A stretch of DNA of 64,000 nucleotides from the NCBI GenBank assembly GCA_963740315.1, contig CAVUDP010000002.1, forward strand, positions 800,001-864,000. Reading direction: 5' to 3'. The translations under genes were made by a program, and so were the position numbers. This document shows positions 10,662 through 20,468 of this stretch, piece by piece. How positions within the stretch are numbered: position 1 is the stretch's first letter; each line of letters starts with the position of its first letter. Source of the DNA: an uncultured cyanobacterium. GTDB taxonomy: Bacteria; Cyanobacteriota; Cyanobacteriia; Cyanobacteriales; Nostocaceae. The notes under the pieces were generated by a model. The model ran no database searches and was not told where the DNA came from. It worked only from the letters and a program-made list of their open reading frames with translations.

Positions 10662-11948
10662 TTAACCTTTAACATGCAGACCTTTAACCTGATGTCCAAT
10701 ATCTCGCCGATAATACATTCCTTCAAAGTTAATTTGCTCGATACTAGCGTATGCTAATTGCAATGCTTGCTCGAAGTTTTCTCCAATACCCGTTACATTC
10801 AAAACTCTACCTCCATCTGTAACTAATTGTTTATTTAATTTGGTTCCGCCGTGAAATACTGTTACCTGAGAAGTTTCGGCTTCGGTAATACCTGTAATAA
10901 CTTTACCTTTTTCATAAGCTCCGGGATATCCACCAGAAGCGGCAACTACGGTGGCGGCGGCTCCTTGTTTCCAAGCAATGGGGGGCATTTGCTCTAAACG
11001 TTGCTCGATACAAGCAAGCATTAATTCTTCTAAAGGCGTTTCTAATAATGGTAATATTACTTGGGTTTCTGGGTCGCCAAAACGACAATTAAATTCTAAT
11101 ACTTTGAATTCACCATTGGGCATTATCATCAAACCAGCATAAAGTACGCCTCGATAATCAATTTTTTTAGCCCTTAAAGCATTTATAGTTCTATCTAAAA
11201 CTTGTTTTTGCACGCGTTCCATCAAATTAACGGTAGCAATGGGCGTTGGTGCATAGGCTCCCATTCCACCTGTATTTTCTCCTGTATCCCCTTCACCGAT
11301 GCGTTTGTGGTCTTGGGCTGGTAATAAAGGTCTGATTGTTAAACCATCTGTTAATGCTAAAACAGATACTTCCTGTCCTTGTAAACATTCTTCAATAACT
11401 ACAAATTCCCCAGCTTTACCAAATTGACCGCCAAAGATAGCATCAACTGCCTCTACAGCTTGATTTAACGTTGTTGCTACCGTAACGCCTTTACCTGCCG
11501 CTAAACCATCAGCCTTGATGACAATCGGTGCGCCGTGGTTTTTGATGTAGCTTTTTGCCGATGCTGCTCTGTTGAATACCGCAGTGTTCGCTGTCGGAAT
11601 ATTAGCTTCCTGCATCAGGGTTTTTGCCCATACTTTGCTTGCTTCTATTTGTGCCCCCGCTTTTACCGGACCAAATACCTTTAACCCTTGGGATTGCAAA
11701 TAATCTGTAATTCCCTTCGCCAAAGGTACTTCCGGGCCGATTACTACAAGATTGATTCCGGCTTTGAGGGCATAATTACTTATTCCTTCAAAATCATCTA
11801 CCGTTAGAGAAAGATTAGAACAGCCATTCAAACTAGCCGTACCGCCATTTCCCGGTACGCAGACAACTTGCTCGACTTGGCTTGACTGAAGAAGTTTCCA
11901 AGCCAGAGCGTGTTCTCTTCCTCCACTACCTACAACTAAAATTTTCAC
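10662..11948 (-). CDS. purD: Phosphoribosylamine--glycine ligase
   Basis: GSGGREHAL, KADGLAAGKGV, QDHKR..EGDTG.NTGGMG, EFNCRFGDPE. Confidence 0.97.
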   Translation of the reverse strand: MKILVVGSGGREHALAWKLLQSSQVEQVVCVPGNGGTASLNGCSNLSLTVDDFEGISNYALKAGINLVVIGPEVPLAKGITDYLQSQGLKVFGPVKAGAQIEASKVWAKTLMQEANIPTANTAVFNRAASAKSYIKNHGAPIVIKADGLAAGKGVTVATTLNQAVEAVDAIFGGQFGKAGEFVVIEECLQGQEVSVLALTDGLTIRPLLPAQDHKRIGEGDTGENTGGMGAYAPTPIATVNLMERVQKQVLDRTINALRAKKIDYRGVLYAGLMIMPNGEFKVLEFNCRFGDPETQVILPLLETPLEELMLACIEQRLEQMPPIAWKQGAAATVVAASGGYPGAYEKGKVITGITEAETSQVTVFHGGTKLNKQLVTDGGRVLNVTGIGENFEQALQLAYASIEQINFEGMYYRRDIGHQVKGLHVKG

Positions 11949-12490
11949 TGATATCCTCGCGTGTGCTTCCCTTGATGATGGATTTTATTATTTCACCAAT
12001 TTTTTTTCACCAATTTTAATACTTATCCAGATTTAAAGGTATGTCTTTGGATTTTGGATTTTAGATTTTGGATTTTGGATTGGGCATTAGGGGAGTTATG
12101 AGTTAGGAGTTAGGAGTTATGAGTTATGAGTTATGAGTTAGGAGTTATTAATTGCGAATTGCGAATTGTCCCCATCTCCCCCTCTCCCCATCTCCCCATC
12201 TCCCCCCTCCCTGTTCCTTTTCTTTTCAAAAAACATCAGGATTTATACTGTATTTATGTCGAGTATAAACTCGGTTAATTCGTAATTTTATGGATATAAA
12301 TATGATTTTTTCTCAATAGAAATACTGAGTTTTTAAGAATAATTATTTAGCACTGCAATTAAAAATAGATAAATAATTATTTCCGAGTTAAAGTATGTAA
12401 AATAAAAATTTCAAAACTAGTGGCAACTACCTGTCTATACGGATTAACCTGTGAATACTGAGTTAAGAAAATATCTAATTATCAAGAGAC

Positions 12491-13438
12491 ATGACTAAAA
12501 ATATCGTTACTGGTGCGGCGGGTTTTATAGGTTCTCATTTAGCAGAAACACTGTTAAAAAGAGGAGAAGAAGTAGTTGGTGTTGATGAATTCAATGATTA
12601 TTACGACCCCTTGTTTAAACATAAAAATGTTACAAATTTACAAAGCTATGCCAACTTTAAATTAATTGAAGGAAATATTCAGTTTCTAGACTGGGATTCA
12701 TTGTTAAAAGATGTTGACGTTGTTTATCATCAAGCAGCACAGGCAGGGGTAAGGGCAAGTTGGGGGCAAGGTTTCCATTTTTATACGGAACGTAATATCA
12801 CCTCTACTCAAATTTTATTGGAAGCTGCAAAAGACGCTAAAAATTTGCAAAGATTGGTTTACGCTTCCACATCAAGCGTTTATGGCGATGCGGAAACTTT
12901 ACCTACGAGCGAGCAAGTTTGTCCCAAACCAGTTTCGCCCTACGGAATCACTAAGTTAGCTGCCGAAAGATTGTGCGGGCTTTATCATAAAAACTTTGAC
13001 GTACCTTTTGTAGCCTTACGTTATTTTACAGTTTACGGTCCTCGTCAGCGTCCAGATATGGCATTTCATAAATTTTTTAAAGCTGCGATCGCGGATGAAG
13101 CGATTCCCGTTTATGGCGATGGATTGCAAACGCGAGATTTTACCTTTGTCAGTGATGCGGTTGCAGCTAACTTAGCCGCTGCTACGGTAGAAGATGCAGT
13201 TGGAGAAATTTTTAATATTGGCGGCGGTAGCAGGGTAGTTTTAAAAGAAGTACTCGAAACAATGGAAGAAATTGTTGGCAAACCCATCAAAAGAAACCAT
13301 ATTGAGAGAGCGATGGGAGATGCACGTCACACGGCGGCGGATGTTTCTAAAGCGAAACAGATTTTGGGTTATCAGCCCTTGATTAATTTAAGAGAAGGTT
13401 TGACGAAAGAATGGGAGTGGGTGAAAGGATTATATTAA
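12491..13438 (+). CDS. NAD-dependent epimerase (UDP-glucuronate/UDP-glucose 4-epimerase-like)
   Basis: TGAAGFIG, AAQAGVR, YGITK, YFTVYGPRQRPDMAF. Confidence 0.92.
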   Translation: MTKNIVTGAAGFIGSHLAETLLKRGEEVVGVDEFNDYYDPLFKHKNVTNLQSYANFKLIEGNIQFLDWDSLLKDVDVVYHQAAQAGVRASWGQGFHFYTERNITSTQILLEAAKDAKNLQRLVYASTSSVYGDAETLPTSEQVCPKPVSPYGITKLAAERLCGLYHKNFDVPFVALRYFTVYGPRQRPDMAFHKFFKAAIADEAIPVYGDGLQTRDFTFVSDAVAANLAAATVEDAVGEIFNIGGGSRVVLKEVLETMEEIVGKPIKRNHIERAMGDARHTAADVSKAKQILGYQPLINLREGLTKEWEWVKGLY

Positions 13439-13588
13439 AAAAAGAAGCGGCTATTTTTTTTTACTCGATATTTTATTTAACAACGATTTTAGGCGTTGCT
13501 AAATCAAGGTATAAATTCGCTTGTAGAGATGCTTTCTTGGGCGATCGCGTCTCTACAAATTAAAAGGTAAAAGTTACAATCATAATGC

Positions 13589-13681
13589 AGGACTTACGTT
13601 AGGCAATCAAATATGGAAAATAGCCGTAATTATCTGTTACCTATTATCTAAAACGTTGATTTTTCTGACTGCGTAAGTCCT
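13589..13681. repeat. MITE-like element with AGGACTTACG terminal inverted repeats
   Basis: AGGACTTACG ... CGTAAGTCCT bracket about 90 bp of intergenic DNA. Confidence 0.6.
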
Positions 13682-13710
13682 ATAATAAATCTGCGAGTCG
13701 GAGCCTTTCT

Positions 13711-14529
13711 ATGAACAATCAAAATTTGCTTTCAATAGCTGGAAATAAACCACAGAGCAAGAAAGGACTTGTGTTACTTTCGGCTAGGGAATTAGACAAG
13801 ATGCGCCGTGTCGGCAAACTCGCAGCGAATCTTCTCAATCATCTCGAAGGGATGGTGCAACCTGGAATTAGTACGAAAGATTTAGATGATGAAGCAGCGC
13901 GTTTTATGAAAGCAAATGGTGCAATTAGCGCTACGTTGGGTTATGCACCTCCAAATCATCAACCTTACACGGGTTCGGTTTGTACTAGCGTCAATGAAGT
14001 TGTTTGTCACGGAATTCCCAACTCTAAAACAATTCTCAAAGACGGAGATATTATCAACATTGATGTTACGCCAATTCTGGACGGCTTTCACGGCGACACA
14101 TCCAGAACATTTTTAGTTGGTAATGTATCGGATAAAGCTCAGAAATTAGTTGAAGTGACTCGTGAATCAATGATGCGAGGTATTGCTCAAGTCAAACCTG
14201 GAGGCAGAATTGGCGATATTGGTGCTGCAATTCAGGAGTATGCCGAAGCAAATGGATTCTCGGTAGTACGAGATATGGTTGGGCATGGAGTTGGTAGAGA
14301 GTTTCATACAGAACCCCAAGTTCCTCATTACGGTACCCAAGGTACTGGGATAAAGTTGCGTAAGGGTATGGTTTTCACCATCGAACCGATGTTAAATGAA
14401 GGAACCTATGAACTGAAGTTTCTTAAGGATGGTTGGACTGTGATTACGCAAGATGGCAAACTCTCGGCTCAGTTTGAGCATACCATTGCTGTAACGGATG
14501 ATGGTTTTGAAATTTTGACTCTGGCTTGA
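13711..14529 (+). CDS. map: Methionine aminopeptidase type I
   Basis: CTSVNEVVCHGIP, DGFHGDTSRT, GHGVG..FH, FTIEPM, SAQFEHT. Confidence 0.96.
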   Translation: MNNQNLLSIAGNKPQSKKGLVLLSARELDKMRRVGKLAANLLNHLEGMVQPGISTKDLDDEAARFMKANGAISATLGYAPPNHQPYTGSVCTSVNEVVCHGIPNSKTILKDGDIINIDVTPILDGFHGDTSRTFLVGNVSDKAQKLVEVTRESMMRGIAQVKPGGRIGDIGAAIQEYAEANGFSVVRDMVGHGVGREFHTEPQVPHYGTQGTGIKLRKGMVFTIEPMLNEGTYELKFLKDGWTVITQDGKLSAQFEHTIAVTDDGFEILTLA

Positions 14530-14603
14530 ATTTTGATTACAAACCGAAATATAGGGAGACTTAGCAGTGCTACGTCTCTACATTATTTATATTTAATTTT
14601 AAT

Positions 14604-14663
14604 AGGTTTGTAGTAAGGACTTTAGTCCCCCGATGAAAGAGCTTAAGCTCTTACTACGAACCT
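14604..14663. repeat. GTAGTAAG REP doublet (REPIN-like)
   Basis: GTAGTAAGGACTTTAGTCC...GAGCTTAAGCTCTTACTAC. Relatives at 43795-43850, 50908-51054 and 57163-57217. Confidence 0.75.
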
Positions 14664-14789
14664 AACATTTTCTTTTTATGCCCAATTTGTAACTTTTATC
14701 TGCTTCAATTCAGCATAGATTGGGGGTGGATCTAGCATTTATTGCTTTGAGCTTAGTAATGTTCAAGGCTATCAAAAAACACCTTCTCT

Positions 14790-16133
14790 ATGGGTTCATC
14801 AAATTTTTCCTTTGCCCTTCCATCTCGCTACAGCAGCTTTTTACCTCGCTTCTTCCGATTGGCATCTGTAAGTATTATCTCGAATATGATGGTGCCTTTA
14901 TCTGGAATAGTTGATACTGCTTTCCTTGGGCATTTGGCAGATATTCGTTATTTGGCAGGGGTAATTTTAGCGAGCATTTTGTTTGATTACCTCTATCGGA
15001 TATTAAAATTTTTTAGGAATGGTACCAACGCTATTACCGCTCAAGCTGTAGGAGAAAATGATCGGAAGGGAATAGTGTTGGCTCTATTGCGGAGTAGTTT
15101 AGTTGCTTTAGCGATCGCAATTATCATCTTAATCCTGCAATATCCCATACAAAAGTTTGGTTTTGCTATTCTGGCTGGCTCTGCGGATGTTGAATCTTTC
15201 GGAATTGAATATTTTAATGCTCGCATTTGGGGGGCACCTGCGGTTTTACTCAATTTTGTGCTGATTGGTTGGTTTCTGGGAAGGGAAATGAATTTTTTGG
15301 TGTTGCTGATTTCTGTTGTAGGCAATGTCTCGAATGTGGTGTTGGATTATTTAACGATCGCCCGATGGGGTTGGGGAAGTACGGGAGCGGGATTGGCTAC
15401 GGCTTTAAGTCAATATTTGGCGTTGTTGGTGGCGCTAATTGGAGTCGGTTTTAGTTTACGAAGCAAAGCATTACCCGTTACTTTTAAAGACATATTTGAT
15501 TGGCAAGCTTTAAAAGCGAGTGTAGTACTCAAAAGCAATATTTTGATCCGCTATCTAGCGATGATTACCGCTTATTCTATTTTTACTAACCTGAGTGCGG
15601 CGATGGGAAATGAGGTGATTGCAGAAAATGGTTTACTGCTTCAGATTGTGCTGTTGAGTCAGTTTACGGTTAACGGTATCGGTTTAACTACTCAATCTTT
15701 GATTGCTAATTTTAAAGGTAAAGGGGAAACCGCACAGATGATGCCGGTGTTACAGGTTTCTATATTCACCGGCGTACTAATTGCATCTATATTTGCTTCG
15801 GTGTCGATTTTATTTCCGCAAACGATTTTTGGTATTTTGACTAGCCATACAGATATCAGTCAATCAGTTGTTAGCTATAGGGATTGGTTGCTACCATTGC
15901 TAACTTGTGGTGCGATCGCCTTTATGTTTGAAGGGTATACTGTGGGACTAAAAGAAGGAGTAAAACTGCGTAATTCTGCGCTGATTGCTTTGGGATTGGG
16001 ATTTACTCCAGTAGCAGCTATAGCTTGGTATTTGCAAAACAATCATCTGCTGTGGTTATCGCTGACATCTTACATGGCAACATTAATGGTAGCTCTTGGG
16101 GTACAGATTCCCCGAATGCAGAACAAGCAATGA
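14790..16133 (+). CDS. MATE family efflux transporter (DinF-like)
   Basis: About 12 hydrophobic segments; VPL.GIVDTAFLGHL, RIWGAPA.LLN..L.GW. Confidence 0.9.
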   Translation: MGSSNFSFALPSRYSSFLPRFFRLASVSIISNMMVPLSGIVDTAFLGHLADIRYLAGVILASILFDYLYRILKFFRNGTNAITAQAVGENDRKGIVLALLRSSLVALAIAIIILILQYPIQKFGFAILAGSADVESFGIEYFNARIWGAPAVLLNFVLIGWFLGREMNFLVLLISVVGNVSNVVLDYLTIARWGWGSTGAGLATALSQYLALLVALIGVGFSLRSKALPVTFKDIFDWQALKASVVLKSNILIRYLAMITAYSIFTNLSAAMGNEVIAENGLLLQIVLLSQFTVNGIGLTTQSLIANFKGKGETAQMMPVLQVSIFTGVLIASIFASVSILFPQTIFGILTSHTDISQSVVSYRDWLLPLLTCGAIAFMFEGYTVGLKEGVKLRNSALIALGLGFTPVAAIAWYLQNNHLLWLSLTSYMATLMVALGVQIPRMQNKQ

Positions 16134-16236
16134 TTTAGCAGATTACTTAATTTAATGAGAGAGGGGAGAGGGGGAGAGGAAAAGGAATTTTTACAGGTAA
16201 TCTTAGAGTAGGAAGGCAGTAGTTGAAGCAAGTATT

Positions 16237-17487
16237 ATGAATATATTTATTGTTACGGTTGGTTCCCGTGGCAATGTGCAACCTTATGTGGCATTGGGTA
16301 AAGGCTTAAAAGAAGCGGGACATGATGTAACAATCTGTACCTGTTCTAGTTTTGAATCATTTATCACCGAGCATGGTTTGAACTATGGATATATGAATGA
16401 CGATTTTATCAAACTCGTTGATTCAGAAGCCGGTAGGAAAGCAATGGAAAGCGGTGGCAATTTCTTTGGCTTAATTAAAACGATGCTGACATTGCTCAAA
16501 GAATCGAAAGCACTCACTACCAAAATGCTGAAAGATTCTTGGAATGCAGCCAAAGCGGCAAAGCCCGACATCATAATTTTTCACCCTAAATCAATGGCAG
16601 GTTCGCATATTGCAGAAAAACTTGGTATTCCGGCGGTAATAGCTGTTCCCGTACCTCTGATTGTTCCAACCGCTGAATCTGTCGCCATTGGTTTTCCAAA
16701 TTTGAAGCTTGGAGGCTGGTACAATAAATTGTCTTATCGGGTTTTGCATAAGGGCTACCATACTTACGATGACCTAATCAACGAATTCCGTCAGGATGTA
16801 CTCGGGATTGGTAAACTATCTAAATCTACAAGTCCGATACAAATGGCAAATGGAAAACCAATTCCGGTTTTGTATGGTTATAGCGAACTTGTTTCACCAC
16901 GTGCAAAAGATTGGACTGATACAACCCACATCACTGGTTATTGGTTTTTAGATCGAAACGATGATTGGCAACCAACCGTTGAATTAAACGATTTTCTTGA
17001 AGCAGGTGAAAAACCCGTTTATGTGGGATTTGGCAGCATGGCGGGACGTAATCCCCAACGAATCGCTAATATTGTCGTTGATGCGCTACAAATTGCAAAT
17101 GTTCGCGGCATAATTGCTACTGGTTGGGGTGGTTTGGATGCAAATAATCTACCAGAAAGCATCTTTAAAATTGACAAAGTTCCCCATGAATGGCTCTTTC
17201 CTCGCGTATCGGCTGTGGTGCATCATGGTGGCGCGGGAACAACAGCAGCCGGATTGCGTGCGGGTAAACCAACGATTGTATGTCCTTTTCTGGTTGACCA
17301 ATTTTATTGGGGAGAACGGGTTTATGCTCTTGGAGTAGGTAGTACTATTTCACAGAAGAAATTAACAGCGAATAAACTGGCTAAAGCTATTAAAGATGTC
17401 ACAACAGATCGAGTTATCAGAGCAAACGCAGAAACTTTGGGTAACAAATTAGGTGAAGAAGACGGGATTAGGAGTGCGATTACATAA
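16237..17487 (+). CDS. GT1 glycosyltransferase (sterol glucosyltransferase-like), last residues cut by a micro-insertion
   Basis: GSRGNVQPYVAL, PVYVGFGSM, PHEWLF, HHGGAGTT, DQFYW. Confidence 0.92.
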   Translation: MNIFIVTVGSRGNVQPYVALGKGLKEAGHDVTICTCSSFESFITEHGLNYGYMNDDFIKLVDSEAGRKAMESGGNFFGLIKTMLTLLKESKALTTKMLKDSWNAAKAAKPDIIIFHPKSMAGSHIAEKLGIPAVIAVPVPLIVPTAESVAIGFPNLKLGGWYNKLSYRVLHKGYHTYDDLINEFRQDVLGIGKLSKSTSPIQMANGKPIPVLYGYSELVSPRAKDWTDTTHITGYWFLDRNDDWQPTVELNDFLEAGEKPVYVGFGSMAGRNPQRIANIVVDALQIANVRGIIATGWGGLDANNLPESIFKIDKVPHEWLFPRVSAVVHHGGAGTTAAGLRAGKPTIVCPFLVDQFYWGERVYALGVGSTISQKKLTANKLAKAIKDVTTDRVIRANAETLGNKLGEEDGIRSAIT

Positions 17488-17504
17488 AGTAGAGCTTCGC
17501 TTAA
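17481..17504. mobile_element. 24-nt element inserted in a HIP1 site (SDR5-like)
   Basis: GCGAT[TACATAAAGTAGAGCTTCGCTTAA]CGC. Near-identical inverted copies split HIP1 at 36460-36482 and 36621-36643. Confidence 0.75.
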
Positions 17505-17688
17505 CGCTATTATAGAAAGTGTTGCAAAATCTTAATTTTTAATATTGATAAGTAATAAGAAAAAACAGGTAATCGCACTTAAAAAGCCACTGGTGAGCTA
17601 AATCGTTAGAATACTCGAAAATTTACGGTTTAAAGGATTATATTAGTAAAATACTGATTCCACCTGGTTCTAATTTAGTGGGAAAAAC

Positions 17689-17809
17689 GTACATTCTCAA
17701 GGTTTTATTAGCATCGGTTGCGAACTTTGCACAACACCTGTTTTACCCAATCAACACGGAAGAAACTGCTGATAAAGAATGCTGTTTCCACGAAATTAAT
17801 TTAATTTAA
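17689..17809 (+). pseudogene. cysH: 3' remnant of APS/PAPS reductase
   Basis: Translates [23 protein letters not shown], then after a frameshift [11 protein letters not shown]. This matches the family motif SIGCEPCT.PV.P.QHER.GRW..E...KECGLH. Confidence 0.8.
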
Positions 17810-17902
17810 AACAACGATTAATTTTACAATTCATAGCCCCCCAATAATACGGGGGGTTGGGGGGATTTTATTTCTAAATGTAGTTACAAATATTTCAAAA
17901 TC

Positions 17903-18238
17903 ATGAATATCAAATTAATTAAAAAAATCAAATTAGATGGTAATTATTGCCGCAAATCAGCAAGAGTTTTAAATGAACTCAAAAAAATCAAGTTATTAGA
18001 TAAAATAGACGAAATTATTGCAGCAGATGAACGTCAGCAATCTGATAGTCAAGGATTTGATTTAGCCATAAAACATAATGTATCATCTGCACCTTTTTTC
18101 ATTGTCGAAGATGAAGGTAAAACAAAAGTTTATACCGCTTATTATCGCTTGATGAAAGATGTTTTTAATGTATTAGTTTCTCAAAAAGACGAAATTTCGG
18201 AAATGATGGTTCAAAATCCAGAGTTAGATCACATCTAA
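17903..18238 (+). CDS. Hypothetical protein, possibly thioredoxin-like
   Basis: 111 aa with KK..DG..C.KS and APFFIVE motifs; sits between the cysH remnant and the YeiH gene. Confidence 0.7.
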   Translation: MNIKLIKKIKLDGNYCRKSARVLNELKKIKLLDKIDEIIAADERQQSDSQGFDLAIKHNVSSAPFFIVEDEGKTKVYTAYYRLMKDVFNVLVSQKDEISEMMVQNPELDHI

Positions 18239-18244
18239 TTCTAT

Positions 18245-18439
18245 GGAGACGTTATATCTGGAGACGTTATATATCTGGAGACGTTATATATCTGGAGACG
18301 TTATATATCTGGAGACGTTATATATCTGGAGACGTTATATATCTGGAGACGTTATATATCTGGAGACGTTATATATCTGGAGACGTTATATATCTGGAGA
18401 CGTTATATATCTGGAGACGTTATATATAACGTCTCTACA
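18245..18439. repeat. 17-bp tandem repeat (GGAGACGTTATATATCT, 11 copies) ending in a REP palindrome
   Basis: Counted directly. The last unit closes as GAGACGTTATATATAACGTCTC. Confidence 0.93.
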
Positions 18440-18487
18440 TTTTGACTGTATTGAAATTGTTGATCTTTATTAATTGGAATTATAAAA

Positions 18488-19522
18488 ATGGAAAGCCCAA
18501 CTCAAAAGAACAAGGCAGAAATATTAAAATATCTTCCATTTAATGCCATAATACCAGGTTTGTTATTAACTGCGGGACTTGCGATTCTAGCAGAATATCT
18601 CAAAAAAATTCCCTCTCTTTCACTATTTAGTTCGTTAATCATCGCGATCGTTTTAGGAATAATACTTAAAAACACAATCGGAGTTTCGCAAATCTTCAAA
18701 CCGGGAATTACTTTTTCTCTAAAACGTATTCTCCGATTATCTATTATTCTATTAGGATTGCGATTAAGTTTACCTCAAATACTAGCAGTTGGCCCCGCTG
18801 GATTAGCAATTGTCTTTGTAACTTTAACCAGTACTTTTATATTTACCTGTTGGTTTGGTAAACAAATTGGAGTCGATCGAAAACTGACAAAATTAATTGC
18901 TGCTGGTACTTCTATTTGTGGGGCTTCCGCGATCGTTGCTACTAATGGTGTTGTCGAAAGTAAAGACGAAGATGTAGCTTATGCAGTGGCAATCGTTACC
19001 ATTTTTGGTACTCTCTCTATGTTGCTTTATCCATTTTTATCTACTTTTTTACAGGTAACATCACAAGAATTTGGCATCTGGTGTGGTGTTTCCATTCACG
19101 AAACAGCCCAGGTAATAGCAGCAGCATTTCAACGTGGAGAAGTCAGCGGCGAATTCGGTACTATTGCCAAACTATCAAGAGTTATCTTTTTAGCTCCAGT
19201 TGTTTTAACTTTGGGATTTATATCACCATCTTCGAGCGATTCATCAACAGGAAGCAAATCTAAAAAATTACCGATACCTTGGTTTGTATTTGGATTTATT
19301 GCTCTAATGTTACTGAATAGTGGTAATGTTTTTCCTGAAGGATTAAAAAAATCTGTTACAGAAATTAATCATTTTCTATTAACCATCTCGATGGCAGGAA
19401 TGGGTTTAAAAACTAGTATTCGCGAAATCAAACAAAGTGGAATCAAACCTCTTTATTTGGGTGCTGTTTCATGGATATTTATTTCCGTTCTTAGTTTAAG
19501 TCTTATCAAGGCTTTTTATTAG
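18488..19522 (+). CDS. YeiH/UPF0324 putative sulfate exporter family membrane protein
   Basis: LIAAGTSICGASAI, GVSIHETAQV, KL.RV..L.P, PWFVFGF, MAGMGL. Confidence 0.92.
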   Translation: MESPTQKNKAEILKYLPFNAIIPGLLLTAGLAILAEYLKKIPSLSLFSSLIIAIVLGIILKNTIGVSQIFKPGITFSLKRILRLSIILLGLRLSLPQILAVGPAGLAIVFVTLTSTFIFTCWFGKQIGVDRKLTKLIAAGTSICGASAIVATNGVVESKDEDVAYAVAIVTIFGTLSMLLYPFLSTFLQVTSQEFGIWCGVSIHETAQVIAAAFQRGEVSGEFGTIAKLSRVIFLAPVVLTLGFISPSSSDSSTGSKSKKLPIPWFVFGFIALMLLNSGNVFPEGLKKSVTEINHFLLTISMAGMGLKTSIREIKQSGIKPLYLGAVSWIFISVLSLSLIKAFY

Positions 19523-19579
19523 TTTATAATTGCTAATTGGGCATTGGTAATTAAGTTTTGAATTTGAAATAATTGGAGA

Positions 19580-20110
19580 ATGACAATGAAGAAAGTATTA
19601 TTAGCTGTTGCTGCATTAGGTTTGTTTGTTCTTCCGGCTTATGCAACTCAAGGAATTAGAGAAAATTCTAAGAATGAAATAGCTAGAGGTAGAAAAAATG
19701 GTATCGTTAGAGCTTCAAGAGATGGCATTGTTAGAGTTAAAAGTAATTACAGTGTAGAAGAAACAGTTAAACGTTTTGAATCTATTGCTAAAGAGCAAGG
19801 TTTAAATATTTTTGGTACGGTTAATCACCAAGCTGGAGCAGCATCTGTTAATCAAGAATTACGTCCGACGCAAGTAATTATATTCGGAAATCCTGCTGCT
19901 GGTACTCCATTAATGCAGTGCAATCAAACTGCGGGAATCGATTTACCTCAAAAAGCACTAGTTTGGCAAGATGAAGACGGACAAGTTTGGCTTGGTTACA
20001 ACAGCCCTCAATACCTATCTCGTCGTCATAAATTAAGAGGTTGTGCTGACGAGCCATTAGAAAGAATTGATAATGCTTTGAAAATGTTGGCTGAAAAAGC
20101 TACTCAGTGA
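19580..20110 (+). CDS. Exported DUF302 domain protein
   Basis: Signal peptide; IFGNP..GTPLMQ....GIDLPQK.LVW.D..G.V.L.YN.P.YL. Confidence 0.9.
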   Translation: MTMKKVLLAVAALGLFVLPAYATQGIRENSKNEIARGRKNGIVRASRDGIVRVKSNYSVEETVKRFESIAKEQGLNIFGTVNHQAGAASVNQELRPTQVIIFGNPAAGTPLMQCNQTAGIDLPQKALVWQDEDGQVWLGYNSPQYLSRRHKLRGCADEPLERIDNALKMLAEKATQ

Positions 20111-20175
20111 GCAGTGAATAGGGAATAGGGAATAGGGAAGAATATTTATAACTCCTAACTCCTAATTTCGCTTAC

Positions 20176-20468
20176 TGCTGTTTGAAGATTTAAGTTTGAA
20201 CCGCCAAACTCGTCAAGTTGTTCGCGGTGAGAGAGCAATAGAGTTAACTGTAAAAGAATTTGATTTACTCGAATATTTGATGAGCAATCCCCGTCAAGTT
20301 TTTACGAGAGATCAAATTTTAGAAAAAGTTTGGGGCTACGATTTTGTTGGCGATTCTAATGTAATTGAAGTTTATATACGTTATGTACGCATTAAGCTTG
20401 AAGAAAATAATGAAAAACGTATAATTCATACCGTGCGAGGTGTGGGGTATGTGTTGCATCAAGAGTAG
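20176..20468 (+). pseudogene. OmpR-family response regulator remnant (DNA-binding domain only)
   Basis: LLFEDLSLNR..R.V.RG...IELT.KEFDLL...NVIEVYIRY.R.KL...IHTVRGVGY. No receiver domain; the upstream junction is an STRR tract. Confidence 0.8.

Noticed and set aside
14790..17487. Toxin or natural-product cluster around the MATE and glycosyltransferase genes
   Set aside because: No biosynthetic core genes are adjacent.
18243..18473. 76-aa ORF (METLYLETLYIWRR...)
   Set aside because: It is a translation of the 17-bp tandem repeat.
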